Counted from the stretch's first letter, positions 29,207 through 45,324 are shown. The stretch is DNA of 64,000 nt from Acidobacteriota bacterium (GCA_965217775.1 CBDCJH010000002.1:1664001-1728000); one strand, 5' to 3'. Notes: generated from the sequence alone by a model not told the origin. Numbers and translations: made by a program.

Positions 29207-32174
<2,968 letters not shown>

Positions 32175-32252
32175 AGAATTTTTTGTTGCCGCGAAGCTCA
32201 GGTGTTGCCTATAACAGGCAAGGGTTGCCGCTTTTTCCAGATGAAGAAGGTT

Positions 32253-32370
32253 TTCCGGTGACTGTGGCGGAGGGGAAACACCTGTTCCCATCCCGAACAC
32301 AGAAGTTAAGCCCTCCAGCGCCGATGATACTGCATGGGTAACTGTGTGGGAAAGTAGGTCGTTGCCGGGA
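32253..32370 (+). rRNA. rrf: 5S rRNA
   Basis: CCCATCCCGAACACAGAAGTTAAG, GAAAGTAGG; terminal stem TCCGGTGAC/GTTGCCGGG. Confidence 0.97.
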
Positions 32371-32374
32371 TTTT

Positions 32375-32412
32375 AATGGAAAAGGGCCTCCTCGTGAGGC
32401 CCTTTTCCATTT
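32375..32412. terminator. Bidirectional intrinsic terminator (rrf / mutL)
   Basis: AATGGAAAAGGGCCTC-CTCGT-GAGGCCCTTTTCCATT. Confidence 0.85.
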
Positions 32413-32469
32413 GTGTCTGCTCGCCGGGATTCTGATCCGCTCGGCCCGGCGTTTTCCCATTCAATGCGT

Positions 32470-34305
32470 TCAAATCCGCTTGAAGCCACGAAGGATCTCT
32501 TCGATACCAACCCTGAGAACGATGGGACGCCCGTGGGGACAGGTATATGGGGCCTCACAGACCATGAGTCGATCCAAGAGCCACTGGATTTTCTCTCGAG
32601 ACAGCGGAGTGTTTATCTTGATGGCACTACGACAGGCCAGACTGATTGCGATCTTCTCCCGTCGGCGCCGAAGTGAAGAGCCCTCCGCGACCGTTAGCGT
32701 CTCCTCACCCTGAAAGCTGCTCAAAATCTCCTCAAAGAGTTCCATCGCGTCGCATGATCGGGCCAGCGCAGGCAGACCGCGCACCAGGATCGTCCGGTCC
32801 CCGAACCATTCCACGGCGAAGCCATTGTGGTTGAGATCACCCAGAATCTCCTCCAGGGTAGCCTTCTGCTCCGGCGTCAACTCCAGCTTCAACGGATCCA
32901 ACAGATACTGCGTCGGCGTATCGCCTGCCTCGTCCAACTCCTTAAGGGCTCGATCGTAGAGAATCCTTTCGTGGGCAACATGTTGGTCGATCAGCAAAAC
33001 ACCATCTCTGTCCGCCGCGACGATGAAGCTCTCGACGAACTGCCCCAGAACGACGGGGACCGTGCTGATGGCGCTGGTCTCCGGGATGTTGTCCATATGG
33101 GGGTCGGCCGCGCCTTCCCGAACAACCGGCGTCGGCGTCGGAGCAACGGAGTCCCGGCTGAGATCGGCCCCACCTCCATAAGAGGGCGGGGAAAAGAGGG
33201 ACGCCGCAGGATGGCCAGTATGGAATCGGGCTTGAACCGCGGGGTGGGGTGCATTTCGGGAGAATGACGGCGGCAGGTCTCTCGCCAAGCTCGACAGGTC
33301 GACCCTGCGTTGCTGCAAGGCTTCCTCGACAGCGTGCAGTACGGCGGAATGGACGGCCCCGCTGTGACGAAAACGAACCTCTGTCTTTGCCGGGTGGACG
33401 TTGACGTCCACAGCCTCGGGATCGACCTCGAGAAAGAGCAGAACTCGGGGATGAGACCGGGCCGGCATGGTATCCCGGTAGGCTTCTCGAACGGCATGGG
33501 CCATGACCCGGTCGCGGACCATTCGCCGATTTACGAACAGGAATTGCGACGCCGTACTGCTTCTATGGTCGTGGGGGAGAGACACGAATCCCCTCACCCG
33601 AAGGTTGTTCTTCCGGTAGTCGACGGGAACCAGGTTCTCCAGAAAGGACTCACCCAATACCTGGAAAACACGATCCTCGATCCCCACGGAAACATCTGCC
33701 TCCAATAGCAATCGGTTATGGTGGCTGAAATGGAACCGGACCGACGGGTAAGCGAGACAATAGTGGGTGAGCTGTCGCGTGAGGTGCCCAAGGTCGGTAG
33801 AATAAGATTTAAGAAATTTCTTTCTTGCCGGAACGTTATAGAATAACTCCTCTACCAGAACCTCAGTCCCCTTGGGGCAGGAAATTTCTCGGATTTCGAC
33901 GAGTTGCCCTCCCTGAATCTGCACTTCGGTTCCCGGTTCCTGAGAACCGGACTCGGAATAGGCACAGGTCCTGAGTCTCAGACGGGAGACTGATGCGATG
34001 GAAGGAAGCGCTTCTCCCCGAAAACCCAGTGTCCGAATTCGTGTCAGGTCTTCCAAGGTCCTGATTTTGCTGGTGGCATGGCGCTCGAAGGCAAGTTGGG
34101 CGTCTTCGGGACTCATTCCCACGCCATTGTCGCGGACGCAGAGCAGACGCTGGCCACCAGCCTCGGCCCGAACCGTGATGGACGTCGCTCCCGCATCCAG
34201 TGAGTTTTCCAATAACTCCTTGAGAACGGAAGCGGGACGTTCGACAATCTCGCCCGCAGCGATCTGATGGGTCAGGACTTCGGGTAAGAGCTGAACCTTG
34301 CCCAT
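32470..34305 (-). CDS. mutL: DNA mismatch repair protein MutL (endonuclease type)
   Basis: IAAGEIVERPASVLKELLENSLDAG, GFRGEAL, DVNVHPAK, DQHVAHERILYD, CPHGRP. Confidence 0.97.
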   Translation of the reverse strand: MGKVQLLPEVLTHQIAAGEIVERPASVLKELLENSLDAGATSITVRAEAGGQRLLCVRDNGVGMSPEDAQLAFERHATSKIRTLEDLTRIRTLGFRGEALPSIASVSRLRLRTCAYSESGSQEPGTEVQIQGGQLVEIREISCPKGTEVLVEELFYNVPARKKFLKSYSTDLGHLTRQLTHYCLAYPSVRFHFSHHNRLLLEADVSVGIEDRVFQVLGESFLENLVPVDYRKNNLRVRGFVSLPHDHRSSTASQFLFVNRRMVRDRVMAHAVREAYRDTMPARSHPRVLLFLEVDPEAVDVNVHPAKTEVRFRHSGAVHSAVLHAVEEALQQRRVDLSSLARDLPPSFSRNAPHPAVQARFHTGHPAASLFSPPSYGGGADLSRDSVAPTPTPVVREGAADPHMDNIPETSAISTVPVVLGQFVESFIVAADRDGVLLIDQHVAHERILYDRALKELDEAGDTPTQYLLDPLKLELTPEQKATLEEILGDLNHNGFAVEWFGDRTILVRGLPALARSCDAMELFEEILSSFQGEETLTVAEGSSLRRRREKIAISLACRSAIKINTPLSREKIQWLLDRLMVCEAPYTCPHGRPIVLRVGIEEILRGFKRI

Positions 34306-34314
34306 TCGTGTATC

Positions 34315-36126
34315 TCAGGTCAGCCGCAAATGGAGTTCCCGTTGCTGCCGCAGACTGACCCCAGACGGCGAGCCCGACATGAGATCCATTGCTCTGGCGG
34401 TCTTGGGAAAGCAGATAACGTCACGAATGGATGGTTCGCCTGCCAGGATCATGACGATTCTGTCCAGACCCAGAGCAATGCCACCATGGGGAGGCACACC
34501 GAAACGGAGCGCATCGAGGAAGAAGCCGAACTTGGCTTGCATTTCCTCCGGACCGATCCGCAACGCCTCGAAGACCCGTGCCTGCAGCTCCTGACTGTGG
34601 ATACGAATCGATCCTCCGCCGATCTCCGTGCCATTCAGAACCACGTCGTACGCCTTGGCACGGACTCGTTCCGGCGCGCTATCCAGCAGGTGCAAATCCT
34701 CCTCTTTCGGAGAGGTGAACGGATGATGACAAGCCAGAAAGCGGGAGTCCTCTTCGCTCCACTCCAGGAGCGGGAAATCGTAGACCCAGAGGCAGTCCCG
34801 CCGATCGTCCGAGATCAGATCCTGCTGTTTTGCCAGATGGAGCCTCAGTAGGGACAGGGTATTGTTGACCTGAGATTCGGCTCCAGCCACCATCAGCAGG
34901 ATGTCGCCGACTTCAAGTTCACCCAATGCCGCCGCGTTCTGGAGCACCGAGGAACCGACGCTCTTGGGCAACGAACTCTTGAAGCCACCTGTCGTGGACT
35001 TGATCCAGGCCAAACCGCCGGTTCCGAGCTCCGTGACAAACCGGGTCAATTCGTCGGTCTCCCGGCGAGTGTAAGCTGCCTTTCCCGGAACCCGAATTCC
35101 CCGGATACATCCTCCTTCCTCCAGCACCCGGCGGAAGATCTGGAATCCGCTCTCCTCAAAGGCGTTCCCCACGTCCCGCAATTCCAATCCGAACCGGGTA
35201 TCGGGCCGATCCGTCCCGTACCGGGACATGGCTGCGGCGTAACTGAGTCTGGGGAAGGGCACCGCCAGATCGTATCCCGCAACCTTGAAGATTCGTTGGA
35301 GCAGGGACTCCACGAGCTGGAAGACATCTTCAGGTTGAACAAAGGACATCTCGATGTCTATCTGGGTGAACTCGGGTTGTCGATCGGCTCGGAGGTCCTC
35401 GTCACGAAAGCAGCGAACGATCTGGAAGTATCGATCGAAGCCGGAAACCATCAGGAGCTGCTTGAACAACTGCGGCGACTGGGGAAGGGCATAGAACTGT
35501 CCCCGGTGGACGCGGCTGGGAACCAGGTAGTCCCGCGCTCCCTCCGGCGTGGACTTGGTCAGGAAGGGAGTTTCGATTTCCAGGAAACCGTGGCGGTCCA
35601 TCAGTTTGCGGGTTTCCAGGCAAATTTCGTGACGCAGCCGTACGTTAGCTTGCATCCGTGGCCGGCGCAAATCCAGATAGCGGTAACGAAGCCGCGTCTC
35701 CTCCGAAATCCCCTGTTCCTCGGAGATGGGAAAAGGCGGGGTCTGGGAGGCACTCAGGAGCCGAATTTCCTCTGCCCGGACTTCTAACGTGCCTGTCGGA
35801 ATCTGCACATTGACAGTCTCCTCGCCGCGTTCGATCACGTTACCCACGACGGCGACGACATCCTCGGACCGGAGCTCCTTTGCCTTGTCGAGGATCGCCT
35901 TGTCTTCCGCACTGGCGACGACTTGCACCGTCCCTTCGCGGTCCCTGAGATCTATGAAAATCAGGTTGCCCAGATCCCGGGTCCTGTCCACCCAACCCAT
36001 GACGGTCACACGGTTGCCCACATCTCTTGGCCGTATCGCCCCACAGCGGTGGCTGCGGTGGAGACTGTCCATGCTGTCGATGCTGTAGGCAGGTCGATTC
36101 AGCGCTTGCTTGCCGGCGGTTGCCAC
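34315..36126 (-). CDS. aspS: Aspartate--tRNA ligase
   Basis: [62 protein letters not shown]. Confidence 0.97.
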   Translation of the reverse strand: MATAGKQALNRPAYSIDSMDSLHRSHRCGAIRPRDVGNRVTVMGWVDRTRDLGNLIFIDLRDREGTVQVVASAEDKAILDKAKELRSEDVVAVVGNVIERGEETVNVQIPTGTLEVRAEEIRLLSASQTPPFPISEEQGISEETRLRYRYLDLRRPRMQANVRLRHEICLETRKLMDRHGFLEIETPFLTKSTPEGARDYLVPSRVHRGQFYALPQSPQLFKQLLMVSGFDRYFQIVRCFRDEDLRADRQPEFTQIDIEMSFVQPEDVFQLVESLLQRIFKVAGYDLAVPFPRLSYAAAMSRYGTDRPDTRFGLELRDVGNAFEESGFQIFRRVLEEGGCIRGIRVPGKAAYTRRETDELTRFVTELGTGGLAWIKSTTGGFKSSLPKSVGSSVLQNAAALGELEVGDILLMVAGAESQVNNTLSLLRLHLAKQQDLISDDRRDCLWVYDFPLLEWSEEDSRFLACHHPFTSPKEEDLHLLDSAPERVRAKAYDVVLNGTEIGGGSIRIHSQELQARVFEALRIGPEEMQAKFGFFLDALRFGVPPHGGIALGLDRIVMILAGEPSIRDVICFPKTARAMDLMSGSPSGVSLRQQRELHLRLT

Positions 36127-36144
36127 TTCTCTGATCCTCCTCCC

Positions 36145-37407
36145 TCACGCCGATTTTACGTGTTGGGAGATGCGTCCCTGCTGCAATCGAGTCTGGGTTC
36201 CATCGGCCATTCTCTTGATGGAGTAAAGCCCGGTGCGAATCTCGTCGTCTCCGATGACGCATACGAACCGAGCTCCGAGCCGATTGGCCAAGCGCATCTG
36301 GCCCCGGAGCTTGCGTCTGCCAAAGTCCACGTAGGCAAAAATCCCCTCTCGCCGAAGGTCTCGAGCCAGAATGAACGCTTTTTCCAGTGACTCCTCATCC
36401 AGATAGGCGAGAAAGATCTCAGGCCGTGGGGAACGATAGCTTGCAGCCAACTTGTGGTTTTGGGACAGGAGCAGAACGAGACGCTCCAGACCCAGGCCAA
36501 AACCGAACCCTTTTGCCGGTGGACCCTCCAAGAGCTCAGACAGTCCGTCGTAACGCCCGCCTCCCAGCAACGCGTTCTGGGTCGGGCCCAAGCGATCGGT
36601 CACCATCTCGAACGTGGTCCGCACGTAGTAGTCCAGACCTCGAACCAATCGAGGCGTCACCGCGTAGGGAATCCCAATCAGATCCAGGAACTCCCGAAAG
36701 CGGCCGAAGTGATCCCGGCATTCGTGGCACAGGTGGTCCAGGATCGAGGGGAGACTGTCAATGACCGGAGAACAGGACGGTTTCTTGCAGTCCAGGACGC
36801 GAAGGGGATTCCGCCGGGACCGCCTCTGACACTCTGCGCAAAGATCCGGCTCGGCCAGCAACCTTGCCTGGAGGAGGCGAACGTAGGCCGGCCGACAGGA
36901 CAGGCAGCCCACGGAATTCACCAGCAGCCGGACCCCCCGAACTCCCAGTTCGTCCAGCAAGACATGAAGCATCTCCATCACTTCCGCCTCGATGCCCGGA
37001 TGATCCGAGCCCAGAACTTCGGCTCCGATCTGATGGAACTGGCGATAGCGGCCTTTCTGAGGTCTCTCCCTGCGAAACATGGGTCCGACGTAATAAAGCT
37101 TTGCAAGACCGCTCTTCCGATTCAGATGATGCTCCAGATAAGATCGAACTACGGGTGCCGTGCCCTCGGGCCGGAGGCTGATGTCACGGCCACGCCGAGC
37201 CGGTATCGTGTACATTTCCTTCTGAACGATGTCCGTCTCCTGTCCGAGACTACGGCAGAATAGATTGGTTTCCTCCAGTACCGGGGTCCGGATCTCGCCG
37301 TAGCCATAGCGCCGGAAGAGTAGACGAACCTTCTCTTCGATCTCCTGCCACAGTTCCACGCTACCGGGGAGAATGTCGTGGGTTCCCCGAACTGAGCGAA
37401 CGTTCAT
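36145..37407 (-). CDS. hisS: Histidine--tRNA ligase
   Basis: LRPEGTA, RRERPQKGRYRQFHQ, LVRGLDYY, GGGRYDGL. Confidence 0.97.
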   Translation of the reverse strand: MNVRSVRGTHDILPGSVELWQEIEEKVRLLFRRYGYGEIRTPVLEETNLFCRSLGQETDIVQKEMYTIPARRGRDISLRPEGTAPVVRSYLEHHLNRKSGLAKLYYVGPMFRRERPQKGRYRQFHQIGAEVLGSDHPGIEAEVMEMLHVLLDELGVRGVRLLVNSVGCLSCRPAYVRLLQARLLAEPDLCAECQRRSRRNPLRVLDCKKPSCSPVIDSLPSILDHLCHECRDHFGRFREFLDLIGIPYAVTPRLVRGLDYYVRTTFEMVTDRLGPTQNALLGGGRYDGLSELLEGPPAKGFGFGLGLERLVLLLSQNHKLAASYRSPRPEIFLAYLDEESLEKAFILARDLRREGIFAYVDFGRRKLRGQMRLANRLGARFVCVIGDDEIRTGLYSIKRMADGTQTRLQQGRISQHVKSA

Positions 37408-37635
37408 GATGGGGCCCGATTATACCCTACCCCCTAGAATCGAAAGCCGGGCATGAACCGTGTCAGGGAAGGGATCCCCTCCGGGAGGCGGAAAGACGGC
37501 CATTCCACCTGGGCTGCGGTGCCGCATTCGGAATAGCCTGAAATATGAACGTCTCGTGGATCTTGAGCCGGGGGTCAAGGCCGGCCGAACACCGTGGCGA
37601 CTATTGCCGAAGACTTCTGAAAAGTCCGGGTCGAC

Positions 37636-38514
37636 TCATTCTTGATTCGCGTACTCTCCAATTTTCCGGAACTTTTCATGGCGAGAATCGATTCGATCTT
37701 CGGGGTCCAGAGCGGAAACCTCCTCCAAGTGGCGCGAAAGCGCCCGGGACAGTTCGGCCGTCGTCTGATCCCAATCCTTATGGGCACCTCCCGGAGGCTC
37801 CGCAACAATCTCATCGACGATTTCGAACCGCATCAGATCCTGAGCGGTGAGCTTCAGGCTCTGGGCGGCCTCGCGAACATGATTCTGATCTTTCCACAAG
37901 ATGGCGGAGCAGCTTTCCGGAGAAATGACGGAGTAGATGGAATTCTCCAGCATGAGGATCCTATCCGCCAAACCCACGGCGAGGGCGCCTCCGCTGCCAC
38001 CCTCTCCCAGAACGGTCGCAATGATGGGAACCCGAAGTCCGGCCATGGAACGAAGGTTGTAGGCTATAGCTTCAGCCTGACCCCGCTTTTCGGCTCCCAG
38101 TCCAGGATAGGCGCCGGGGGTGTCGATAAAGGTCAGGACGGGGCGTCCAAACTTTTCAGCCAACTTCATCAACCGCAACGCCTTACGATATCCCTCAGGC
38201 TTCGGCATTCCGTAATTGCGCTCCAAGCGATCTTTCGTATTGCGCCCCTTCTGGTGACCCAAAACCATGACGGCCGCACCCTTGAAACTGGCCATCCCGC
38301 CCACGATCGCCCGGTCGTCCGCATACTTGCGGTCGCCGTGGATCTCCCGAAACGAATCAAAGAGACGCTCGAAGCAATCCAGCGTGTAGGGTCGATCCTG
38401 GTGCCGTGAGATCTGCACTCTGTCCCACGCTTCGCCAGGGGACGATGGACCGGTTCGCTGCCCATCCGGCTGACGAGCCTGTTCCTGAACCCGGAATCGC
38501 GAGTGCTCTTCCAT
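37636..38514 (-). CDS. accA: Acetyl-CoA carboxylase carboxyltransferase alpha subunit
   Basis: HGDRKYADD, GHQKGR, PEGYRKALRLM, FIDTPGAYPG, GEGGSGGALA, YSVISPE. Confidence 0.95.
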   Translation of the reverse strand: MEEHSRFRVQEQARQPDGQRTGPSSPGEAWDRVQISRHQDRPYTLDCFERLFDSFREIHGDRKYADDRAIVGGMASFKGAAVMVLGHQKGRNTKDRLERNYGMPKPEGYRKALRLMKLAEKFGRPVLTFIDTPGAYPGLGAEKRGQAEAIAYNLRSMAGLRVPIIATVLGEGGSGGALAVGLADRILMLENSIYSVISPESCSAILWKDQNHVREAAQSLKLTAQDLMRFEIVDEIVAEPPGGAHKDWDQTTAELSRALSRHLEEVSALDPEDRIDSRHEKFRKIGEYANQE

Positions 38515-38664
38515 CTGTTATTTGAGTGTAACGATTCTTCGTGCCTTCTCGATGGTCATAGGGTCACGTCGAAGGTCACTTAGGAAATTGGTTGCGAGCC
38601 GATCAGGCGGCACGAGTCGTGTGGCTGCGGGAATTCGACTCCTGTTCTGGATCGGACGTCAGCC

Positions 38665-41600
38665 CTAAGTATACAGGGTGACGGAGCTTTTCCCAAAAAG
38701 ATCTTCCACCGCAGTGACGAAGGAAGGAATCGGGTTGACGGCAAGCTCCTGGACGGGGATCAGTCGAATTCGATACGACTCCTGCTCGACCAGCTCGAAT
38801 TGCAGGGGGCACTTACCCGGGTGGCGGCTCACCAGATCATGGAGACCAGTGACCTTGTCGGTGTCTAGGGAGGGCAATGGGATGGTGATCCGCGCAGACT
38901 GGACGGCGCCGTTCCAGAGACTGTCCAGGGGGACCAGGTCGGAACAGAGGATGCGCATCTTGCCGCGGACGTCCGACTCGCACCGGCCGCGCAGCAACAC
39001 CGGCGGAGCCGACTCCAACAGGGATTGGCACCTGCGGTAGGCCTTGGGCCAGACCAGGACATCCACGCTCCCCGAGAGGTCCTCCAGGACGAAGGTCGCC
39101 ATGGCGTCCCCCTTGCGGGTCGTGAGCTGCTTGACCTCTGTGATCAACCCGCCAATCGAGAGCTCCCGCCCCCCCGTTTCCTCCGAAACCTCCCGCGCCT
39201 TGACGTCCGAGAAGCGCGCCAGCTCCGCTTGGTAGCCCTTGAGAGGGTGTCCCGTGACATAGTGGCCGAGTGCTTCCTTCTCATAGCGCCATTTCAGGTC
39301 GTCTGGCCATTCTGCTTCCGATTCCCTCGCCGGCGGTGCAGCCGCCACCGGTCCCATCCCCCGCTGAAAGAGATTCAACTGCCCGCTGATCCGGTCCTTT
39401 TGCGCCTTTTGCGCCCTTTCGATGGCTCGTTCCAGGTTCTCCAACAAGCCTCTTCGAGACCGCTTCAAGGAATCGAATGCTCCGGACTTGATCAACGCCT
39501 CCAGGACCCGTTTGTTGAGGGTCCGCAAGTCCACATGTTCCAGAAAATGGGAAAAGCTGGTGAAGGTCTTCACTTCGTCTCGACATGAGAGTATCGAACG
39601 AATGGCGGCCTCTCCCACGTTCCGTATGGCGGCGAGACCGAACTGGATACTCTCCCCGCGGGCCGAGAAGTGGAGAGTTCCACTATTGATGGTCGGTGGC
39701 AGAACCCGTATGCGCACGTCGCGGCACTCGTTCAGGTACTGGACCATCTTGTCGGTGTTGGAGATCTCGCTGGTCAGCAGGGCCGCCATGAACTGCACCG
39801 GATAGTGGCTCTTCAGATAGGCGGTCTGATAGGCCAGGATCGCATACGCGGTGGAGTGGCTCTTGTTGAAACCGTACCCCGCGAACTGCTCGATGAGATC
39901 GTAGATCTTTTGAGCTTTTTTGGAATCGATGTCCCGTTCCCGACAGCCCTCCAGGAACTTCTTCTTCTGGCCCTGCATGACCTTCTTCTTCTTCTTTCCC
40001 ATGGCCCGGCGGAGCAGATCGGCTTCACCCAGAGAGAAACCAGCCAATTTGCTGGCAATCTGCATGACCTGTTCCTGGTACACGATGACGCCATAGGTCT
40101 CTCGCAGGATTTCCTCCAACTCGGGCACTTCGTACCGGATTTTGACCTTGCCGTGCCGGCGCCCCACAAAGTCGTCGATCATCCCTCCCTGGATGGGACC
40201 GGGACGGTAGAGGGCATTCATGGCGATGAGGTCTTCGAAACGGCTGGGCTGCAGCTGTTTCAAGATTTCCCTCATCCCCCGGGACTCGAACTGGAAGATG
40301 CCGGTGGTTCGGCCCTCGCAAAACAGCCGGAAAGTATCCTCATCCTGGAGATTGATCTCATCCAGATTGATTTCCAGCTTCGACTGCTCTCGAATCTGCT
40401 CCAGGGTCTGTTCGATGACCGTCAGCGTGGTCAGCGCCAGGAAATCCATCTTGAGCAGCCCCAGCCGCTCCAGGTCGTTCATCGTGTATTGGGTAGTGAT
40501 TTCACCCTTGCTCGACTTGTACAAGGGGATGAGCTCAGTCAGCGGTCTTGGGGCAATGACGATACCGGCGGCGTGGGTGGACGCGTGCCGGGCCAGTCCT
40601 TCCAGGCGCTGAGCCACGGTCAGAAGCTGCTCGTAACGCTCATCGCCGGCTGTGAGGTCCCGGAGTTCCTTGACCGTCTCCAGAGACTTTTTCAAGGTGA
40701 CGTCAGGACCCGAGGGGACCAGGCGGGCGATGCGGTCAACCTCGCCGTAGGGAATGTTGAGGCCGCGCCCCACGTCCCGAATGGCTCCCCGGGCGGCCAT
40801 GGTTCCAAAGGTGATGATCTGACTGACGTTGTCGCGTCCGTACTTTTGGGTCACATAGTCGATGACCTGGCTCCGGCGATGCATGCAGAAGTCGATATCG
40901 ATGTCGGGTGGAGTGACCCGCTCCGGATTCAAGAATCGTTCGAAGAGTAGACCATACTGAAGCGGGTCCACATCGGTGATCTGCATGGCATAGGAGACCA
41001 GACTGCCGGCTGCCGATCCCCGCCCGGGACCTACGGCGATCCCCTGTTCCCGTGCGTATCTCATGAAATCCCAGACGATCAGGAAATATCCGGAAAATTT
41101 CATTTTCTGAATCATGGCGATTTCCTGATCCAGACGCTGGGAATACTGCTCGATTGAAGGGGCCGGCCCGTCCGAGCCCTGCTGCTGCTTCAAGGTCTCC
41201 ATCCGCCGGGAGAACCCCTCTCGAACCACGGACTCGAAGTAGGAATCCAACGTATTTTCAGCGGGAACTTCAAACTCCGGAAACACCGATCCGGAGTCTT
41301 GCAACCGGAACTCACACTGCTCGGCAACGGCCAGGGTGTTGGAAAGCGCTCCCGGGACGTGGCCGAAGAGTTGAGCCATCTGCTCCGGGGTCTTCAAGAA
41401 AAACTGATCGGTCCGGTAGCTCAGCCGGTTGGTGTCCTGGACCGTCTTTCCGGTCTGGATGCAAAGCAGGACATCGTGGGGAAAGGAGTCCTCCTGGGAG
41501 AGATAATGGCAGTCGTTGGTCGCGACCAACGGAAGATCCAGTTCCTTGGCCAGACTTACGATCCCGGTATTCACCGACTTCTGCGCTTCTATGCCGTGGT

Positions 41601-42132
41601 CCTGCAGCTCCAGGTAGAAATGATCTTTGCCGAAGATCTCCGAGAGTTCCCCCGCCTCTTTGCGCGCTTTCTGGTAGCGATCCTGGTGTAGATTCCAGGC
41701 CACGATCCCCTTGAGACAGGCCGAGAGTCCGATCAATCCTTCGCTGTGCTGCTCCAGCAACTCACGGTCGATGCGCGGCCGATAGTAGAATCCCTCCAGA
41801 TAACCCAGCGAGACGAGTTTGACCAGGTTCTGATAGCCCTTTTGATTCCGAGCCAGGAGCACCAGATGGTTGCTTCCATCCGACCGGCCCGACTTGACCG
41901 TTCGTCCGTCCCGGGCAACGTAAACCTCGCAACCGATAATGGGGTTGACCCCGGTTTTGACTCCCGCATCGTGGAACTGGATGGCTCCAAACAGATTGCC
42001 GTGATCCGTCAAGGCGATCGCCGGCATCTTCAGTTCAGACGCTCTCTTGAAGAGGGCGTCGATCTTGTTGGCTCCATCCAACAGGCTGAAATGGCTATGA
42101 ACGTGCAGATGGACAAATTCAGCTTGGCCCAT
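38665..42132 (-). CDS. dnaE: DNA polymerase III alpha subunit
   Basis: PHP domain FVHLHVHSHFSLLDG; GPGRGSAAGSL, PDIDIDF, YGFNKSH; no intein seen. Confidence 0.97.
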   Translation of the reverse strand: MGQAEFVHLHVHSHFSLLDGANKIDALFKRASELKMPAIALTDHGNLFGAIQFHDAGVKTGVNPIIGCEVYVARDGRTVKSGRSDGSNHLVLLARNQKGYQNLVKLVSLGYLEGFYYRPRIDRELLEQHSEGLIGLSACLKGIVAWNLHQDRYQKARKEAGELSEIFGKDHFYLELQDHGIEAQKSVNTGIVSLAKELDLPLVATNDCHYLSQEDSFPHDVLLCIQTGKTVQDTNRLSYRTDQFFLKTPEQMAQLFGHVPGALSNTLAVAEQCEFRLQDSGSVFPEFEVPAENTLDSYFESVVREGFSRRMETLKQQQGSDGPAPSIEQYSQRLDQEIAMIQKMKFSGYFLIVWDFMRYAREQGIAVGPGRGSAAGSLVSYAMQITDVDPLQYGLLFERFLNPERVTPPDIDIDFCMHRRSQVIDYVTQKYGRDNVSQIITFGTMAARGAIRDVGRGLNIPYGEVDRIARLVPSGPDVTLKKSLETVKELRDLTAGDERYEQLLTVAQRLEGLARHASTHAAGIVIAPRPLTELIPLYKSSKGEITTQYTMNDLERLGLLKMDFLALTTLTVIEQTLEQIREQSKLEINLDEINLQDEDTFRLFCEGRTTGIFQFESRGMREILKQLQPSRFEDLIAMNALYRPGPIQGGMIDDFVGRRHGKVKIRYEVPELEEILRETYGVIVYQEQVMQIASKLAGFSLGEADLLRRAMGKKKKKVMQGQKKKFLEGCRERDIDSKKAQKIYDLIEQFAGYGFNKSHSTAYAILAYQTAYLKSHYPVQFMAALLTSEISNTDKMVQYLNECRDVRIRVLPPTINSGTLHFSARGESIQFGLAAIRNVGEAAIRSILSCRDEVKTFTSFSHFLEHVDLRTLNKRVLEALIKSGAFDSLKRSRRGLLENLERAIERAQKAQKDRISGQLNLFQRGMGPVAAAPPARESEAEWPDDLKWRYEKEALGHYVTGHPLKGYQAELARFSDVKAREVSEETGGRELSIGGLITEVKQLTTRKGDAMATFVLEDLSGSVDVLVWPKAYRRCQSLLESAPPVLLRGRCESDVRGKMRILCSDLVPLDSLWNGAVQSARITIPLPSLDTDKVTGLHDLVSRHPGKCPLQFELVEQESYRIRLIPVQELAVNPIPSFVTAVEDLFGKSSVTLYT

Positions 42133-42214
42133 ATCGCTTAATTCCTGTGCGTTGGCAGCAAACCCGATATCTGGAGGGGTCCGGGTCCCGCTCCGTATCC
42201 AAGGCAGGGTCTGA

Positions 42215-43747
<1,533 letters not shown>

Positions 43748-43894
43748 CGGAACCTCTTTGTTCGGAACGGAATCGGCCCCTTGCCGAGTGACGGGAGCGG
43801 AGTATAGCACGCCATTCTGACCCCCAAGTGCCCTTGGCCGCCCGCGCTGCGCCCCCGCTTGACTCGGGTTCGGCCAGGCGGGACCATCTCCGGA

Positions 43895-44716
43895 ATGATC
43901 AGCGAGGAGACGCTTCAGGGATTCCTCCTTGGGATCTTGCAGGGACTCACCGAATTCCTGCCGGTGAGCAGTTCGGGTCACCTGATTCTGGTGCCCTGGC
44001 TCCTGGGCTGGCAGCCTCTCGGTCTGATTTTCGACATCGTGGTCCACATCGGGACTCTCCTGGCCGTACTGGTCTATTTCCGGCGCGAGTGGAAGCAGTT
44101 CCTGGTGACGGCGTTCGAGCGGGTGTTGGGCCGGTCCCGGAGCCGGAACTCTTTTCTGATGGACGCCATCCTTCTGGGGACGATTCCGGCGGTCGTGGCG
44201 GGAGGATTGCTGAAGCATGTGATCGAGGACTATCTCCGGACCCCCATGGTAACCGCATCCTGCCTCGGCCTTTTCGGCCTTCTCCTCTGGTGGACGGACC
44301 GTCACGGATCCAAGAATCGTTCGCTCCGGAGCCTGACCCGGAAAGACGGAGTTCTGATCGGATTGGCCCAGGTCCTGGCTCTCATGCCGGGGGTGAGCCG
44401 GGCGGGCATCACTCTGAGCGCGGGCCTGGCTCTGGGCCTCAATCGATCGGATGCCGCCCGGTTTGCCTTCCTCCTTTCAGCGCCCATCATGGCGCTGGCA
44501 GGGGCGTCTGCCGTCTACGACCTGCTCTCTGCCCGAACCGCGGAGGCGGCCGCCGGCGTGGCTGACTCCACGCTGCTCCTTGGTGTATCATCGTCTTTCG
44601 TTAGCGGCATCCTATGTATCCGGTTTTTTCTTCGCTTTCTGGAGCAGCGTACGCTGCTGCCGTTTGTCGTCTATCGATTCTTGCTGGCTGTTGTCATTTT
44701 CTGCTCGTCCCTCTGA
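43895..44716 (+). CDS. uppP: Undecaprenyl-diphosphatase
   Basis: [18 protein letters not shown] and PGVSRAG motifs. Confidence 0.94.
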   Translation: MISEETLQGFLLGILQGLTEFLPVSSSGHLILVPWLLGWQPLGLIFDIVVHIGTLLAVLVYFRREWKQFLVTAFERVLGRSRSRNSFLMDAILLGTIPAVVAGGLLKHVIEDYLRTPMVTASCLGLFGLLLWWTDRHGSKNRSLRSLTRKDGVLIGLAQVLALMPGVSRAGITLSAGLALGLNRSDAARFAFLLSAPIMALAGASAVYDLLSARTAEAAAGVADSTLLLGVSSSFVSGILCIRFFLRFLEQRTLLPFVVYRFLLAVVIFCSSL

Positions 44717-45324
44717 CCGGGGCTACGGAAGACGTCATCAAGAACACCGAGACCATTCCCGCCTACCAGAACCAGATTCTGAGGTCGCATTTCCGATCTC
44801 AGTATTACAAGAGTGTCACCTCCGTCGGTCCCAGAACCAACGATCCTTTCGTCATGCAATACGTGGATCGCCAGATCGGCTACTACCTGGGCCGAATCCG
44901 CTCCGCTCTCGTCATGATCAAGGTGCACTGCGAAGAGGTCCAGGAGATCCGGGCGAATTCAATGGTCGACAAGCGCCTGCAGATGACGCCCGAATTCCGG
45001 AAGAAGTGGAGGAAGGCGCTGGGAGATCTGTCCCGCGATGCGAGAGGCCTCAAGAACCTCATCGGGAGCATCCTGCTCGGACTGGCTCGGAAGGACTCCA
45101 AACGGCCCCGGGTCCGCTCTTTGGGCGGAAGGGACGGCTACGGCCCAGAGGTGGCGTACCTGAGGAGGGAACTGATACTGGCCGAACGGCGAATCGAAGA
45201 TTTCTTCTACCAGCCCACGAATACCGTGAGTTTCGAAGACCTTCGGGACAGGAAGACCATGCTGGTGCATCTTTACCACGTCCAGGAGATGGCCAAGAGA
45301 CTCCGGAAAGCGGTGGACCGTTAA
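44614..45324 (+). CDS. Hypothetical, probably exported helical protein; start uncertain
   Basis: 236-aa ORF with host-like codon usage and a signal-like N-terminus; overlaps the uppP 3' end. Confidence 0.55.
   Translation: MYPVFSSLSGAAYAAAVCRLSILAGCCHFLLVPLTGATEDVIKNTETIPAYQNQILRSHFRSQYYKSVTSVGPRTNDPFVMQYVDRQIGYYLGRIRSALVMIKVHCEEVQEIRANSMVDKRLQMTPEFRKKWRKALGDLSRDARGLKNLIGSILLGLARKDSKRPRVRSLGGRDGYGPEVAYLRRELILAERRIEDFFYQPTNTVSFEDLRDRKTMLVHLYHVQEMAKRLRKAVDR

Noticed and set aside
37450-37500. SRP-RNA-like ATGAACCGTGTCAGG
   Set aside because: Lacks the conserved CCGGAAGGAAGCAGC helix 8 that should follow
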